From the NCBI RefSeq assembly GCF_009914755.1, contig NC_060926.1: a DNA stretch of 64,000 bases; one strand, 5' to 3'. Position numbers and translations under genes: made by a program. Every line of letters begins with the position of its first letter. The stretch's first letter is position 1. This stretch comes from the human T2T-CHM13v2.0 reference genome, Homo sapiens. Below are positions 25,520 to 42,900 of the stretch, piece by piece. The notes under the pieces are model-generated. The model did not search any database. It was not told the origin of the DNA and saw nothing but the letters and a program-made list of their open reading frames with translations.

Positions 25520-28500
25520 TTATTTTCCAAGATGAGAAAATAGAGGTTTTTAGTGTACCTCAGCCACTTGGAAATAGCAAAATAGTGTGAAAAGATTAAT
25601 TATCTAAGCTTTAATCCAAGAAGAAAAATGAGAATCCACCAGAATCATGAAGGGCACCCTAGATCCTGGGGAGGAGAATGCTGGCAAAGAGCCCCTGTTA
25701 CAGCATCTGGCTGAAATAAATGAACGAAGCTCTAGTACATGAGAGAGGCAGAGAGCCTCCCTCTGTGACTCACCTTTCTACTGGGGATCCAAGCAACCTA
25801 GGTTGGGAAAAGAACTTTGTCTAGCCACATTGGCTGCAGCCCACCATCTACTGGCTTTTAGGTCAAACTGTACATCTCTATATAAAACTTGCTGAATGAA
25901 GTACTTAAGTATTTGGAAGCAAAGACAAAAGACCCTACCAAACACTGTCTATAATCACAGTCCCTATGGAGAGGAAAAAGGGAAATGAAAAGAAAAAGGA
26001 TAATATCATAAAGACAGAAAGAAAAACAAATCCTACCCTGATGAAAATAATTACAAGAATTAAAAGTGTTGGCACTCTAGATGAGAGGGAACCAGCACAA
26101 GAATTCTGGCACCATAAAAATTCTGAATGTAGTGACACCACCAAGGGATCACATGAGCTTTCCAGGAATAGTCCCTAACCAAAATGGAAAGGCAAAAATG
26201 ACAGATAAACAATTCAAAGCATGAATTATAAGGAAAATTAATGAGCTTCAAGACATGTTTGAAAATCAAAACACAAAAAAACTTCTAAATGAATCCAGGA
26301 AATGAAGAAAGATATAGGCATCTTAAAAATAAATCAATCAGAGCTTCTGGAATTGAAAAACTCACATAAGGAATTTCAAAATGCAATTGAAAGCTTTATA
26401 AAGAGACTGGACCAAGCAAAGGAAAAAATTTCTGATCTTTAAGACCAGTTGTTCAAATTAACCTAGGCAGTCAAAACTAAAGAGAAAGGAATTTAAAAAT
26501 GAAGATAATCTTTGGAAAAATATGGGATTATGTAAAGTGACTAAACCTATGATGCACTGGCATTCCTGAGAGAGAAGGAGAAAGAGTATACAACCTGGAA
26601 AACATATTTGAGGGAATAATTCAAGAAAATTTTTCTAGTCTTTCTAGAAAAATAGACATCCAGATACAATGAACCAGATAAAATAACACCTGTGCAATAC
26701 TGCACAAAATGAATATCACCAAGCCTTTAGTCACCAGACTGTCTAAGGTCAATGAAGAAGAAAAAATCTTAAAGATAGCTAGAGAAAAAAGATTATGTAC
26801 AAAGGGAACATGATCTGGCTAGCAGCAAACTTTTCAGTAGCAACCTTACAATGTAGGAGAGATTAGGGGCCTATTTTCAGCATTAATAAAGAAAAGAAAT
26901 TCCAACCATGAATTTCATAGCATACCAAATTAGCTTCAGAAATGGAGAAACAAAGACTTTTCCAAAGAGAAAGCAGTAAGGTAAATTGTTACCACTAGAC
27001 CAGCCTTACAAGAGATACTTGGGAGTTCTAAACATGGAAACAAAAGAAAGATACCTGCTACTACAGAAACAAACTTAAGTACATAGCCCACAGACGTTAT
27101 GAAGGAACCAGACAATAGAAACTACAAAGCAAAGAGCTAATAGGTTTATTATACTATCAAAACCTCACATATAAACAAACTTTGACTGTAACTAGCTAAA
27201 GTGCCCCCCATTTAAAAGGCACAGTATTGCAAGTGGAATAAAAAAAAACTTAAAGACATGTCAATCTGTTGCCTTTGAGAGACCCATCTCCTATGTAATG
27301 ACACACCCATAGGCTCCAAGTAAAGGGTTGGAAAAATATCACCACACAAATGGAAAATAAACAACAACAAAAAAGCAAAGTTCACTATTCTTATATCAGA
27401 TAAAACAGACTTTAAACCAACAAGTGTAAAAATGAACAAAGGACATTACATAATGATAATGGGTTCAATTCAACAAAAGACTTAACTATTCTAAATGCAT
27501 ATGCAGCAACATTGGAGCACCCAGATTCACAAAATAACTACTTTTAAATGTACAAGAAAACAGCCAGAAAATAACAGTGGGGAGTTTAAAAAGAAAAAAA
27601 AAACACTGACAATGTTAGACAGATCTCAAGGTGGAAAACTAACAAGGAAATTCTGAATTTAAATTTGTCACTTGACTAATTGGACCTAATAGACATCTAC
27701 AGAACACTCTGATCATCAATCACATAATATATATTCTTCTGAACATGGTACATACTTCAAGACTAATAACATGCTCAGCAATTAAACAAGTCTCAATAAA
27801 TCTTTTTAAAAATATATAATAGCAACCATACTCTCAGACCACAGTGGCAGAAAAACAGAAATCAATACCAGGAAGATCTCCCACAACCACAAAATTACAT
27901 GGATATTAAACAACCTCCTTCTGAATGACTTTTGGGTAAGCAACAAAATGAAGGAAGATATAAAAAAATTCATTCAAATAAATGAAAATAGAGATACAAC
28001 ATACCCAAATCTCTGGGATGCAGCAAAATCAATATTAAAAGTTTATAGTCTACACAACTAACTCTACAAACTAGAAAGATCTTAAATTAATGATCTACCA
28101 TCACACCTAGATGAACTAGAAAAACAAAAACAAATCAACTCCAAAGCTAGAAGGATAAAAAACTAAAATTTTAGTGGAATTAAACAATATCGAGACCAAA
28201 AAATTCAAAAAAGAAACTGATAGAACCAAAAGTTGTTTCTTCCACAGAAAAGACAAGATCAATAAACCCATAGCTTGATTAACAAAGAAAAAAGAAAGAT
28301 AAGATCCAAATAAGCAAAATCAGGAATGAAAAAAGTGGTATTACAACTAATACTACAGAAATACAAAAAAAAAAATTCAGAGCTAAATATGAATACTTCT
28401 ATGCACACAAACTAGAAAATGTAGAGGAAATAGAAAAATTCTAGTAACACATAAACTGCCAATATTGAAGTAGGAAGAAATTGGAACCAATTTCAGGAAT

Positions 28501-29391
28501 CAATATTCAGTCCTGAAATTGAATCAGTAATAAAAAACCTACTAACAAACACAAAAAAGACCCAGACTAGATGGATTCCTAGCCAAATTCTTCCAATTCA
28601 GCTGGAGAGCTGGTACCAATTAAACTGAAACTATTTGAAAAATTCAAGAAGGAGGGATGCCTCCTTAACTCATTCTGTGAAGTCAACATCAACACAAATG
28701 ACAAAAATACAATGAAAAGAGAAAACTATAGGCCAAGCCAATGTCCCTGATGAACATGTACACAAAATTCCTAAACAAAATACCAGCCAACTGAATCTAG
28801 TAGCACATCAAAAAGTTAATTCGCCAGGATCAAGTAGGCTCATTCCTGGAATACAAAATTGGTTCAACATATACTAATCAATAAATGTGATTCATCCTAT
28901 AAAAGGAATTAAAAATTAAAACCATAGGATCATTTCAGCAGATGCAGAAAAAGCCTTTGATAAAACCCAACATCCTTACATGATACAAATGACCAATAAA
29001 ATAGACACTGAAGCAACACACCTCCAAAAAATAAGAGCTATGTACGATGAATCCACATCCAACATCATACTAAATGGACAAAAGCTGGAAACATTCCCCT
29101 TGAGAACTGGGAAAGACAAGGATGCCCACTCTCATCACTCCTATAAAACATACTACAGGAAGTCTTTGCCAGAACAATCAGTGAAGAAAATAAAAGGCAT
29201 CCAAATAGAAAAAGAAGAAATCAAAATATCTCTCTTCATAGATGATATGATTCCCTAGAAAATCCTAAACACTCCATCAAATGACTCCTGCAATTTGAAA
29301 ATGATTTCAGTAAAGAATCAGGGTACAAAATGAATGTACTAGATTCAGCAGCATTTCTATACACTAATAATGTTGAAACTCTGAGGCAAAT
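25520..29391 (+). mobile_element. L1PB/old L1PA, 5' part (shortened 5' UTR, ORF1, ORF2 EN/RT), decayed
   Basis: L1 ORF1-like region ~26130-27050; ORF2 remnants such as NIILNGQKLETFPLRTG; ends at the HERV9 TSD. Confidence 0.85.
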
Positions 29392-29562
29392 TGAGAGGTG
29401 AGGCCAGCTGGACTTCCTGGGTCAAGTGGGGACCTGGGGAACTTTCCTGTCTTGGAATAGGATTGTAAAACGTACCAATCAGCGCTCTGTAAAACACACC
29501 AATCAGCAGGATTCTAAAGTAGCCAATCACGGGAGGACTGAAAAAAGGGCACTCTGATATGA
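29392..29562 (+). mobile_element. Truncated 5' LTR (U3 only), LTR12-type
   Basis: Matches the start of the 3' LTR up to gggcactctgatatga, then switches directly into gag. Confidence 0.88.
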
Positions 29563-30127
29563 AAGAAATGAGCAAAGAAATCTCCAAGGGACCAAAAATC
29601 CCACCGGGCCATCAGTTATGTCCCCCTCAAGCTGTGGGGGGAGGAGAATTTGGTCCAATCTGTGTACATGTCCTCTTCTCTCTGTCTAATTTAAAGCAGA
29701 TCAAGGTAGACCTGGGGAAGTTTTCAGATGATCCTAATAGGTATATAGATGTTCTACAGGGTCTAGGGCAAACCTTCAACCTCACTTGGAGAGATGTTAT
29801 GCTATTGTTAGATGAGCCTACCAAGAGGAACAGGCCAAAAAGGAAAAGCGAGAAAAGAGAAAGGCCACAGCCTTAGTCATAGCCCTCAGACAAACAAACC
29901 TTGGTGGTTTGGAGAGGATAGAAAATGGAGCAGGCCAATCACCCAGTAGGGCTTGTTATCAGTGTGGTCTGCAAGGACATCTTAAAAAAGATTGTCCAAC
30001 GAGAAACAAGCCGCCCCCTTGCTCATGTCCATTATGCCAAGGCAATCACTGGAAGGCCCACTGCCCCAGAGGACAAAGGTTCTCTGGGCCAGAAGCCCCC
30101 AACCAAGTGATCCAACAACAGGACTGA
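29563..30127 (+). pseudogene. gag: HERV9 gag remnant (partial CA, NC with zinc knuckles)
   Basis: LKQIKVDLGKFSDDPNRYIDVLQGLGQTF; CYQCGLQGHLKKDC and CPLCQGNHWKAHC; TGA stop after QQQD. Confidence 0.88.
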
Positions 30128-33100
30128 GGATGCCCAGGGCAAGCATCAGCTCATGTCATCACCCTCACTGAGGCCCGGGTAAGTTTAACCATTGAGGGCC
30201 AGGAAATTGACTTCTTCCTGGACACCGGCGTGGCATTCTCAATGTTAATTTCCTGCCCTAGGTGGCTGTCTTCAAAGTCTGTTACCATCTGAGGAATCCT
30301 GGGACAGCCTGCAACTAGGTATTTCTCCCACCTCCTCAGTTGTAATTGGGAGACTTTGCTCTTTTCACATGCATTTCTTGTTATGCCTGAAAGTCCCACA
30401 CACTTATTGGGGAGGGATCTATTAGCCAAAGCTGGAGCTATCATCTACATGAATATGGGGAACAAGTTACCCATTTGTTGTCCTCTACTTGAGGAGGGAA
30501 TCATCCCTGAAGTCTGGGCATTGGAAGGATAATTGGAAGGGCAAAAAATGCCCACCCAGTCCAAATCAGGCTAAAAAGACCCCACCACTTTTCTTTTTCA
30601 AAGGCAATATCCCTTAAGGCCTGAAGCTCATAAAGGATTACATGATACTGTTAGACATTTAAAAGTTCAAGGCTTAGTAAGAAAATGCAGCAGTTCCTGC
30701 AATACCCCAGTTTTAGGAGTACAAAAACCAAATGGTCAGTGGAGACTAGTGCAAGATCTTAGACTCATCAATGAGGGAATAATACCTCTATATATATAGC
30801 TGTACCCAACTTGTATACCCTACTCTCTCAAATACCAGAGGAAGCAGAGTGGTTCACTGTTCTGGACCTCAAGGATGCCTTCTTCTGCACTTCCCTGCAC
30901 TCTGACTCCCAGTTTCTCTTTACCTTTCAGGATCCCACAGACTACGTGTCCCAACTTACATGGACAGTCTTGCCTCAAAGATTTAGGGATAGCCCTCATC
31001 TGTTTGGTCAGGCACTGGCCCAAGATCTAGGCCACTTCTCAAGTCCAGGCACTCTGGTCCTTCAAAATGTGGATGATTTACTTTTGGCTGCCAGTTCAGA
31101 AGCCTCATACCAGCAGGCTACTGTAGATCTCTTGAACTTCCTAGCTAATCAAGGGTACAAGGCATCTAAATCGAAGGCCCAGATTGGCCTACAACAAGTC
31201 AAATATCTAGGCCTAATCTTAGCTAGAGGAACCAGAACCCTCAGCAAAGAATGAATACAACATATATTGGCCTGTCCTCACCCTAAGACATTAAAACAGT
31301 TGTGGGGCTTCCTTGGGATCACCGGCTTTTGCCAATGATGGATCACCTGATCCAGTGAGATGGCCAGGCCACTCTATACTCTAATCAAGGAGACCCAGAG
31401 GGCAAATACTCATCTAGTTGAATGGGAACCAGATTTTGAAGGGAAACAGCCTTCAAAATCTTAAAGCAGGCCCTAGTACAAGCTCCAGCTTTAAGCCTTC
31501 CCACAGGAAAAAATTTCTCTTTATACATCACAGAGAGAATAGGAATAGCTCTTGGAGTCCTTATTCAAACTTGTGGGACAACCCCACAACCAGTGGCATA
31601 CCTAAGTAAGGAAATTGATGTAGCAGCAAAAGCCTGGCCTCACTGTTTACTGGTAGTTGTGGCGGTGCCCATCTTGGTATCAGAGACTATCAAAATAATA
31701 CAAGGAAAGGATCTCACCTTCTGGACTAGTCATGATGTAAATGGCATACTAGGTGCCAAAGGAAATTTATGGCTGTCAGACAACTGCTTGCTTAGATACC
31801 AGATGCTACCCCTTGAGGGACCAGTGCTTCAAATATGCACGTGTGCAGCCCTCAACCCTGCTACTTTTCTCCCAGGGGGATGGGAAACCAATCAAGCATG
31901 ACTGCCAACAAATTGTCGCCCAGACTTATGCCACCTGAGAGGATCTCTCAGAAGTCCCCTTAGCTAATCATGACCTTAAGCTATATACTGATGGAAGTAC
32001 ATTTGTTGAGAATGGGATACGAAGGGCAGGTTATGCCATAGTTAGTGATGTAACAGTACTTGAAAGTAAGCCTCTTCCCCTGGGGACCAGTGCCCAATTA
32101 GCAGAACTAGTGGCAGTTACCCAAGTCTTAGAACTGGGAAAGGAAAAAAGAATAAATGTGTATACAAACAGTAGGTATGCTTATTTAATCCTGCATGCCC
32201 ATGCCGCAATATGAAAAGAAAGGGAATTCCTAACTTCTTGGGGAACCCCCATTAAATGCCACAAGGAAATCATGGAGTTATTGCACGCAGTGCAAAAACC
32301 CAAGGAGGTGACAGTCTTACACTGCCAAAGCCATCAAAAAGGTGAAGGAGAAAAGGCACTAGGAAACCGTCATGCAGACCCTGAGGCCAAAATTGCTGCC
32401 AGATGGAACCTCCCATTAGAAATACCTATAGAAGGATCCTTGGTATGGAACAACCCTCTCAGAGAGATTAAGCCCCAGTATTCCCCGACTGAAACAGAAT
32501 GGGGACTTTCATGGGGGCATAGTTTTCTCCCCTCCGGGTAGTTAACAACAGAAGAGGGAAGGGTACTCATACCGGAAGCCAGTCAGTGAAAAATACTTAA
32601 GACCCCCCATCAAACTTTTCATATGGGTATTGAGAGCACTCATCAAATGGCCAAATCCCTATTTACAGGGCCAAATCTCCTCCGGACATCTGACAAGTAG
32701 TCAAAGCCTGTGAGGTGTGCCAAAGGAATAATCCCTTGGTCCATCATAAAGCCCTTCTGGAGGAACAAAGAATAGGGCACTATCCTGGAGAGGACTGGCA
32801 GTTAGACTTCATCCGTATGCCAAAGTCAAGGGAATTTCAATACCTGTTGGTCTGTGTTGATACCTTTACAAAGTGGATAGAAGCCTTCCCCTGCAAGACA
32901 GAGAAGTCTCAGGAAGTGGCTAAAGTCCTAATTCACGAAATAATTCCTAGATGTGGGCTTCCCCAAAGCTTACAAAATGACAATGGTCTGACTTCAAAAG
33001 CCAAGGTAACTCAGGGAATTTCCAAGGTGTTAGGGAAACAATGTCACCTTCACTGAGCCTGGAGGCCACAATCCCCTCAGGGAAGGTTGAGAAGGCAAAT

Positions 33101-33720
33101 GAAACACTCAAGAGGTACTAAAGGAAACTAACACAAGGAATTCATCTCCCATGGCCTACTCTCTTGTCCATGGCCTTGTTGAGAATCCAAAATTCTCCTC
33201 ACAAAATGGGGTTCAGTCCATATGAAATGCTGTATGGATGACCTTTTCTCACAAATGACCGCCTACTTGATCAGGAAACGGCCAACTTGGTCAAGGATAT
33301 AACTTCCTTGGCAAAATATCAACAAAACCTTAAAAACCTACCCAAAGGATGTCACAGAGATAAGGGAACAGAGTTGTTCCAACCTGGATATCTAGTGTTG
33401 GTCAAGTCCCTCTCCTCTACCTCCCCATCTACGGATTCCTTGTGGGAAGGACCATACTTGGTAATCCTCTTTACCCCAACTGCAGTTAAGGTGGCAGGAG
33501 TGGAATCTTGGATTTACCACACCTAAGTTAAGCTTTGGACACCCCCTGAAGAACCTGCAGGACCACCAGCTCAGGAGTCCCAAGATCAGCCAGACCAGCC
33601 TCGATACAACTGTAAACCATTGGAGGACTTGTGTCTCCTATTTTGGAAGGAAACATCCCAGACTAAAAAGGCTCCTACAGCTGATCCTGAGGAAAAAAGC
33701 CCTTCCTACCTAAAAAAGAT
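30128..33720 (+). pseudogene. pol: HERV9 pro-pol remnant
   Basis: FLDTG protease near 30215; LDLKDAFF, LPQRFRDSP and NVDD (YVDD mutated) RT motifs; YTDGS RNase H near 31985; IN WQLDF and LVCVDTFT; many stops and frameshifts. Confidence 0.92.
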
Positions 33721-33942
33721 AAGCGAAAACCTACATAATATTTAACACCTCTTCTTGCCCCTTTAATGGGATCCTTTTACTGTTTCATCATGTTATTAAG
33801 CAGTATACTAACCAGACTTTTTGCAGTAGGACTATATACTGTAGCTCCTGCTGGGACAAAAATCCTAATCACATCAACCTTTTTTCTATCATCCTTCTTT
33901 CTGACAGCAATTTACTCCTACCTTTAACTCAGACTGGATAAA

Positions 33943-35064
33943 ATGATCTCATGTTCCAGGGCATGCTCTTTACCTTCCTACTTACTCTTTGCCTATCCAT
34001 CCCTCCTGCTTCCTTGGATACCCCACATAGTCGTTCCTCCCCTTCCACTAGCTCCTTATTAGCTCTACAAGACTCTCAACTTAACCCACTCTCTGTTAAA
34101 CCAGTCCAATCCTTCCCTGGCAAACGACTGTTGGTTTTGTATCTCTCTATCAGACACTGATTAATGGTTTTTTTCTCCAATGGGAAAATAGAATACAGGG
34201 AGCCACTCAGTTTGCTCCCAACACCCCTTTCCAGCCACTCACTAGAGCTACCTTGGCAAGTACTCTAGGAGTATGGGAAAATGAAAACAGCAAACTCACA
34301 CACTTTTTTTAACATACACGACAAGTTCTGCTTACCCAGCAAAGGCATATTCTTCTTATGTGGAACTTCAACCTATATCTGTCTCTCCACCAACTGGATA
34401 GACACCTGCACCTTAGTCTTCCTAAGTCCCAATACTGACATTTCCCCAGGAAATCAGACCCTATCAGTGCCCCCTCAAAGCTCAAGTCCGTCAGCACAGG
34501 GCCATACAACTAATACCCCTACTTATAGGGTTAGGAATGGCCACTGCTACAGGAAACAGAATAGTCAGTTTATCTACTTCATTATCCTACCACCACACAC
34601 TCTCAACGGATTTCTCAGTTTACAAGAAATAACAAAATCCATCTACTCTACAATCCCAAATAGACTCTTTGACAGCAGTGACTTTCCAAAACCGCTGAAG
34701 CCTAGACCTCCTCACTGCTGAGAGAGGAGGACTTTGCACCTTCTTAGGGGAACAGTGTTGTTTTTACACTAACCAGTCAGGGGTAGCACAAGACGTCACC
34801 TGGTGTTTACAGGAAAAGGCTTCTGAACTCAGGCAATGCCTTTCAAACTCTTATACCAACCTCTGGAGTTGGGTGACATGGCTTCTCTCCTTTCTAGGTC
34901 CCACGACAGCCATCTTGCTACTACTCACCTTCAGGCCCTGTATTTTTAAACTTCTTCTTAAAATTGTTTCCTCCAGGATTGAGGCCATCAAGCTACAGAT
35001 GGTCTTACAAATGGAACCCCATATGAGCTCAACTCACAACTTCTGCCTAGGAACCCTGGACTGA
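33943..35064 (+). pseudogene. env: HERV9 env remnant with most of SU deleted
   Basis: ATG at 33943; FCLPSKGIFFLCG; decayed furin site VRQHR/AI; immunosuppressive and CX6CC region (LDLLTAERGGLCTFLGEQCCFY); tail IEAIKLQMVLQMEP. Confidence 0.88.
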
Positions 35065-35150
35065 CCTACTGGCCCTTTGGCCTAAAGAGTTCCCCCCTGG
35101 AGAACACTACAACTGCAGGGCCACTTCTTCACCCCTATCCAGCAGGAAGT

Positions 35151-36047
35151 TGTAGGGAGACCCCCTGAAACTATTGCTATGGAATAAAAGATGAAATGCT
35201 CCTGATTATTGTAAATACAAAATTGCATGCAGGATTGTGTAAAGACAATGCCAGGTTGGACTGCCAGAATGAGCCAACAGCACGTGATGTGCTTCCCCCT
35301 GCAGAGAGCCTATGAATGGACATGCAGTCAGGGATGTTTCACATCACCAAGATTCCTATCCCAGAAAAGCAGATGTTCATAGCTCTGGGAATGGAATGCG
35401 ACCCTTGTGGAAAGCCTATAAATGGATGCATGGGGGGCGCCTGGCCACATGGATAAGATAGGGCTATAAATGCCCTCATCTTGCCACGGCTCTTCTAGGC
35501 CTCTTTAGGGTTAAAGCATACTCCCTTCTGAGAATTTCTGGTCTAACCAGTTGTCTAGCTTCATGTCCTGTTGCCATTGATTGTTTGTAACCAGCTTTTG
35601 TTGCAATTGTTACTGCTGATTAATATCTTGCTAATCATAGGTTATGGAAAGACTGTGTTTCTGTTCTAAGGCTCTGTTAGAAATTACTGACGCACACACT
35701 ATATTGTAAATTTTTATCTCTGTATACTGTACTTCTACATACAAATGTACTGTACTTCTACATACAAATGTTATGTTAAAGAATTACTTCATCCCCATGT
35801 GACTATCGCACCTCATAATCAAATGACCCTAAATCCCTCACTAACCTACCCCTGCCCTCACTAAATTTAATAATAAATACTGGTATATCCAGTGCATTGT
35901 TGGCACCATGGGACCAGAAGGCAGTGACCCCCCTGGACCCAGCTTTCACTATCTTGTGTGCATCTATTATTTCTCAACCTGCCGATCTGCCTAGGAGCAA
36001 AGAGAGAGCCCCATTGCGTTGCGGGCTGCTGGCCAGATCCCACAATA
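35151..36047 (+). mobile_element. Solo ERVK-class LTR, MER11D-like (HML-7), inserted between HERV9 env and its PPT
   Basis: Perfect 6-bp TSD ggaagt (35145-35150 and 36048-36053); 897 bp; closely similar to 7251-8118. Confidence 0.85.
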
Positions 36048-36115
36048 GGAAGTAGCTACAGCGGTCATCGCCCAGTTCCCAACAGCAATTGGGGTGTCCT
36101 GTTTAGGCGGTGGAT

Positions 36116-36591
36116 TGAGAGGTGAGGCCAGCTGGACTTCCTGGGTCGAGTGGGGACATGGGGAACTTTCCTGTCTTACAAGAGGACATACAAAACACAC
36201 AAATCAGCACTCTGTAAAACACACCAATCAGCACTCTGTAAAATACACCAATCAGTGTTCTCTAAAATGCACCAATCAGCAGGATTCTAAAAGTAGGCAA
36301 TCGCAGGGAGGATTGAAAAAAGGGCACTCTGATATGACAGAAACAGAACATAAGAGGGGACAGTAAGGGAATAAAAGCTGGCCACCCCAGCCAGCAGCGA
36401 CAACCTGCTTGGGTCCCCTTCCATGCTGTGGAAGCTTTGTCCTTTTGCTCTTCACAATAAACCTTGCTACCACTCACTCATTGGGTCCGTGCCATCTTTA
36501 AGAGCTGTAACACTCACCATGAAGGTCTGCAGCTTCATTCTTGAAGTCAGCGAGACCACAAACCCACTGGCAGGAACCAACTCTGGACACA
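36116..36591 (+). mobile_element. HERV9 3' LTR (short LTR12-type, LTR12F-like)
   Basis: tgagaggtgaggccagctggac...ctctggacaca; 24-bp CCAAT repeats; AATAAA near 36456. Confidence 0.88.
36192..36283 (+). promoter_or_regulatory. Tandem 24-bp CCAAT-box (NF-Y-type) repeats in LTR12 U3
   Basis: Four units of aaaacacaccaatcagcactctgt (one unit has caaat); ERV9 LTR enhancer repeats are known NF-Y sites; activity at this locus is untested. Confidence 0.6.
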
Positions 36592-38423
36592 AAATCAAGA
36601 ATGCAATCCCATATACAAAATCCGTAAAAAAGCAAAATACCTAGAAATACACCTAACCAAGGAGGTGAAAGATCTCTGCAAGGAGAACTCTAAAACACTG
36701 CTAAAAGACATCACAGATTACAGAAACAAATGGAAAAATTTTCCACGTTCATCAATTGGAAAAACTAATATCTTGAAAATTGCCACACTGCCCAAAGCAA
36801 TCTACAAATTCAGCACTGTTTCTATCAAACTATCAATTTTATTTTTTAATAGAATTACAAAAAAAATTCTAAAATTAATATGGGACTATAAAAAGCCCAA
36901 ATGACAAGAGGAATCCTAAGCAAAGAGAAGAAAGCCAGAGGCATCACATTACCCAACTTCAAACTACACTGTAAGTCTATGGTAACCGAAACAGTATAGT
37001 ACTGGTATATAAACAGACACATAAACTAACAGAACAGAATAAAGAACCCAGAAAAAAAGGTGCACATCTACAGCCATCTGAGTTTTAGCCTTTGAGCTAA
37101 ACTCAACAACAACAAAAAAAGCAATGGAGAAAAGACTGCCTATCCAATACGTTGCTCTGGGATGGCAGGCTAGATATATGCAAAAGTATGACACTGGATG
37201 TCTACCTTTCACCATATACAAAAATTAAATAAAGATGGATTAAAGATTTAAATGTAAGACCTCAATCTATAAGAATCCTAGAAGAAAATGTAGGAGACAC
37301 CACTGTGGACATAAGTCTTGAAAAAGAATTAATAACTAAGTCTTCAAAAACTATTGCAACAAAAACAAAAATTGACAAGGGGGATCTAATTAAACTAAAG
37401 AGCTTCTGTGCAGCCAAAAAAAACTACCAACAGAGTAAACAGGCCTCTTAGAGAATGGGAGAAAACATTTGCAAACTAAGAATCCAACAAAGGTCTATAT
37501 CTATAATCTATAAGAAATTCAAATCAACAAGCAAAAATTAAAACGAATATCCCCAATAAAAATAGACAAAAGGCATAACAGATACTTCTCAAAAGAAGAC
37601 ACACAAGTGGCTGACAAACATGAAAATATCCTCTACATCACAAATCATCAGAGAAAGGCAATGCCAAACCACAATCAGATACCACCTCACATCAGTCAGA
37701 ACGGCTATTATTAAAAACTAAACAAACAAACAAACAAATAAAAAAACAAAAAAGAAAACAGATGTTGATGGAATTGCAGATAAAAGGGAATGCTTATGCA
37801 CTGCTGGTTACAATACAAATAGTTCAGCCATTATAGAAACTAGTTTGGGAATTTCTCAAACAACTTAAAATCGAACTACCATTTGACCCAGCAATCCAAT
37901 TACTAGATATATATCCAAAAGAAAATAATTCATTCTACCAAAGAGACACTGCACTGCACTCGCATGTTCATCACAGCACTATTCACAATAGCAAAGACAT
38001 GGAATCAACCTAGCTGCCCATCAATGGTGGATTGAATAAAGAAAATGTGGCACATATACACCATGAAATACTGGGAAACCATTAAAAAGAACAAAATTAT
38101 GTTGCTTACAGCAATATAGATGCAACCGGAGGCCATTATTCTAAATGAATGAATTAAGCAACAGAAAACCAAATACCACATGTTCTCACTTATAAGTGGG
38201 AGCTAAAGATTGGGCACTCATAGACATAAGATGACAACAACAGACACTGGAAACCACTAAAGTCAGGATGGAGGAAGGGGGACAAGGCTGGTATAACTGT
38301 TACTATGCTCACTATCTGGGTGGCAGAATCATTCATTTCCCACACCTCAGCATTGCATAATACACCCATGTAACAAACCTGCACATGTACCCCAGAATCT
38401 AAAATAAAAATTGAATTTAAAAA
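36592..38423 (+). mobile_element. L1PB/old L1PA, 3' part (continuation of 25520-29391)
   Basis: L1 sequence resumes exactly across the TSD (gaggcaaat|caagaatgcaatccc); 3' end gtaacaaacctgcacatgtaccccagaatctaaaataaaa. Confidence 0.88.
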
Positions 38424-38424
38424 A

Positions 38425-42010
<3,586 letters not shown>

Positions 42011-42729
42011 CATTGGCTAATATCTTATTTACATATACGATTTCAGCAACATTTATACTAATATAGAAATATTTAATATTTTAGTGCTTAATTTGTCACC
42101 TGATAGTCACAAAAAAAGAAAACATGCATATAAAAATAATATAAATGAATTCATTCTAAATTTGAACATTTCCTGCTTATAAACGTGGTTCTGCAAAGAT
42201 TTCACAGGTGTACTCTGGCTTAGCAGAGGAGAGGTAATTATGAGTGGAGCTTATTTCCCCCTAAGGTCCCTGCACATCTGCTTATATGCTTAGAAAATGT
42301 CACTGTAAAAATAACCAAAAGATACAAATTTTGGATTTCATCTTTAACAGATAATGGGAGGTTTGTGAGATGTCTTGAGGATGCTTTCAAAACTCTAGGA
42401 GATTTGGGAATTCATGGTAAGCACCAAAATTGCCTTCTTATATTTGTGACCATGACTTTTCAGTCAAATATTTAGAGTTTCATATTCCTTTTAGATTAGC
42501 ATATAAAATAGTTACCTATCTGGATGCAAAAAAGCTGTAAGAAGTTTTGAAACTAGAATTGAATTCACAGTTTTTCACTTTTTATATATAGATGTACATA
42601 TATTTTATTGAAATATGTAGAAAAATTGTATAATTAACACACCAGACCTAACATATTAGCGATAAGCAACCTATTAAAAATAGTCCTGAAAAATTGGACA
42701 CACCTATTGCTAGATTGGAGAATAAGGGG

Positions 42730-42900
42730 TTAGGGAGTTACATTAGACTGGGTTTGGCTCCTGATTATATCTTTTACTCACTGTGTGACTTTAGTGAATT
42801 ACTTCCACTGTTCTTAGCCTCAGTTGCTACATAATCAAAACAAGAATTATAATCTTTAACTCACATTATGAGAGTTAAATAAGATAAAATGTTCTTTGTA
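42730..42900 (+). mobile_element. MIR
   Basis: ctgtgtgactttagtgaattactt...cttagcctcagttgctac core. Confidence 0.65.

Larger units (their letters stand above)
29392..36591 (+). mobile_element. HERV9-family provirus with LTR12-type LTRs, multiply deleted
   Basis: 4-bp TSD aaat (29388-29391 and 36592-36595) inside L1 ORF2; gag-pro-pol-env order; PPT-like gtttaggcggtggat before the 3' LTR. Confidence 0.92.

Noticed and set aside
30811-31254. Functional reverse transcriptase ORF
   Set aside because: A 147-aa fragment bounded by stops, with catalytic YVDD changed to NVDD.
33943-35064. Domesticated syncytin-like env gene
   Set aside because: SU is largely deleted, there are frameshifts and stops, and the furin site is degraded.
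36192-36283. CRISPR-like short repeat array
   Set aside because: Head-to-tail 24-bp LTR12 enhancer repeats with no unique spacers and no cas genes, in a primate genome.
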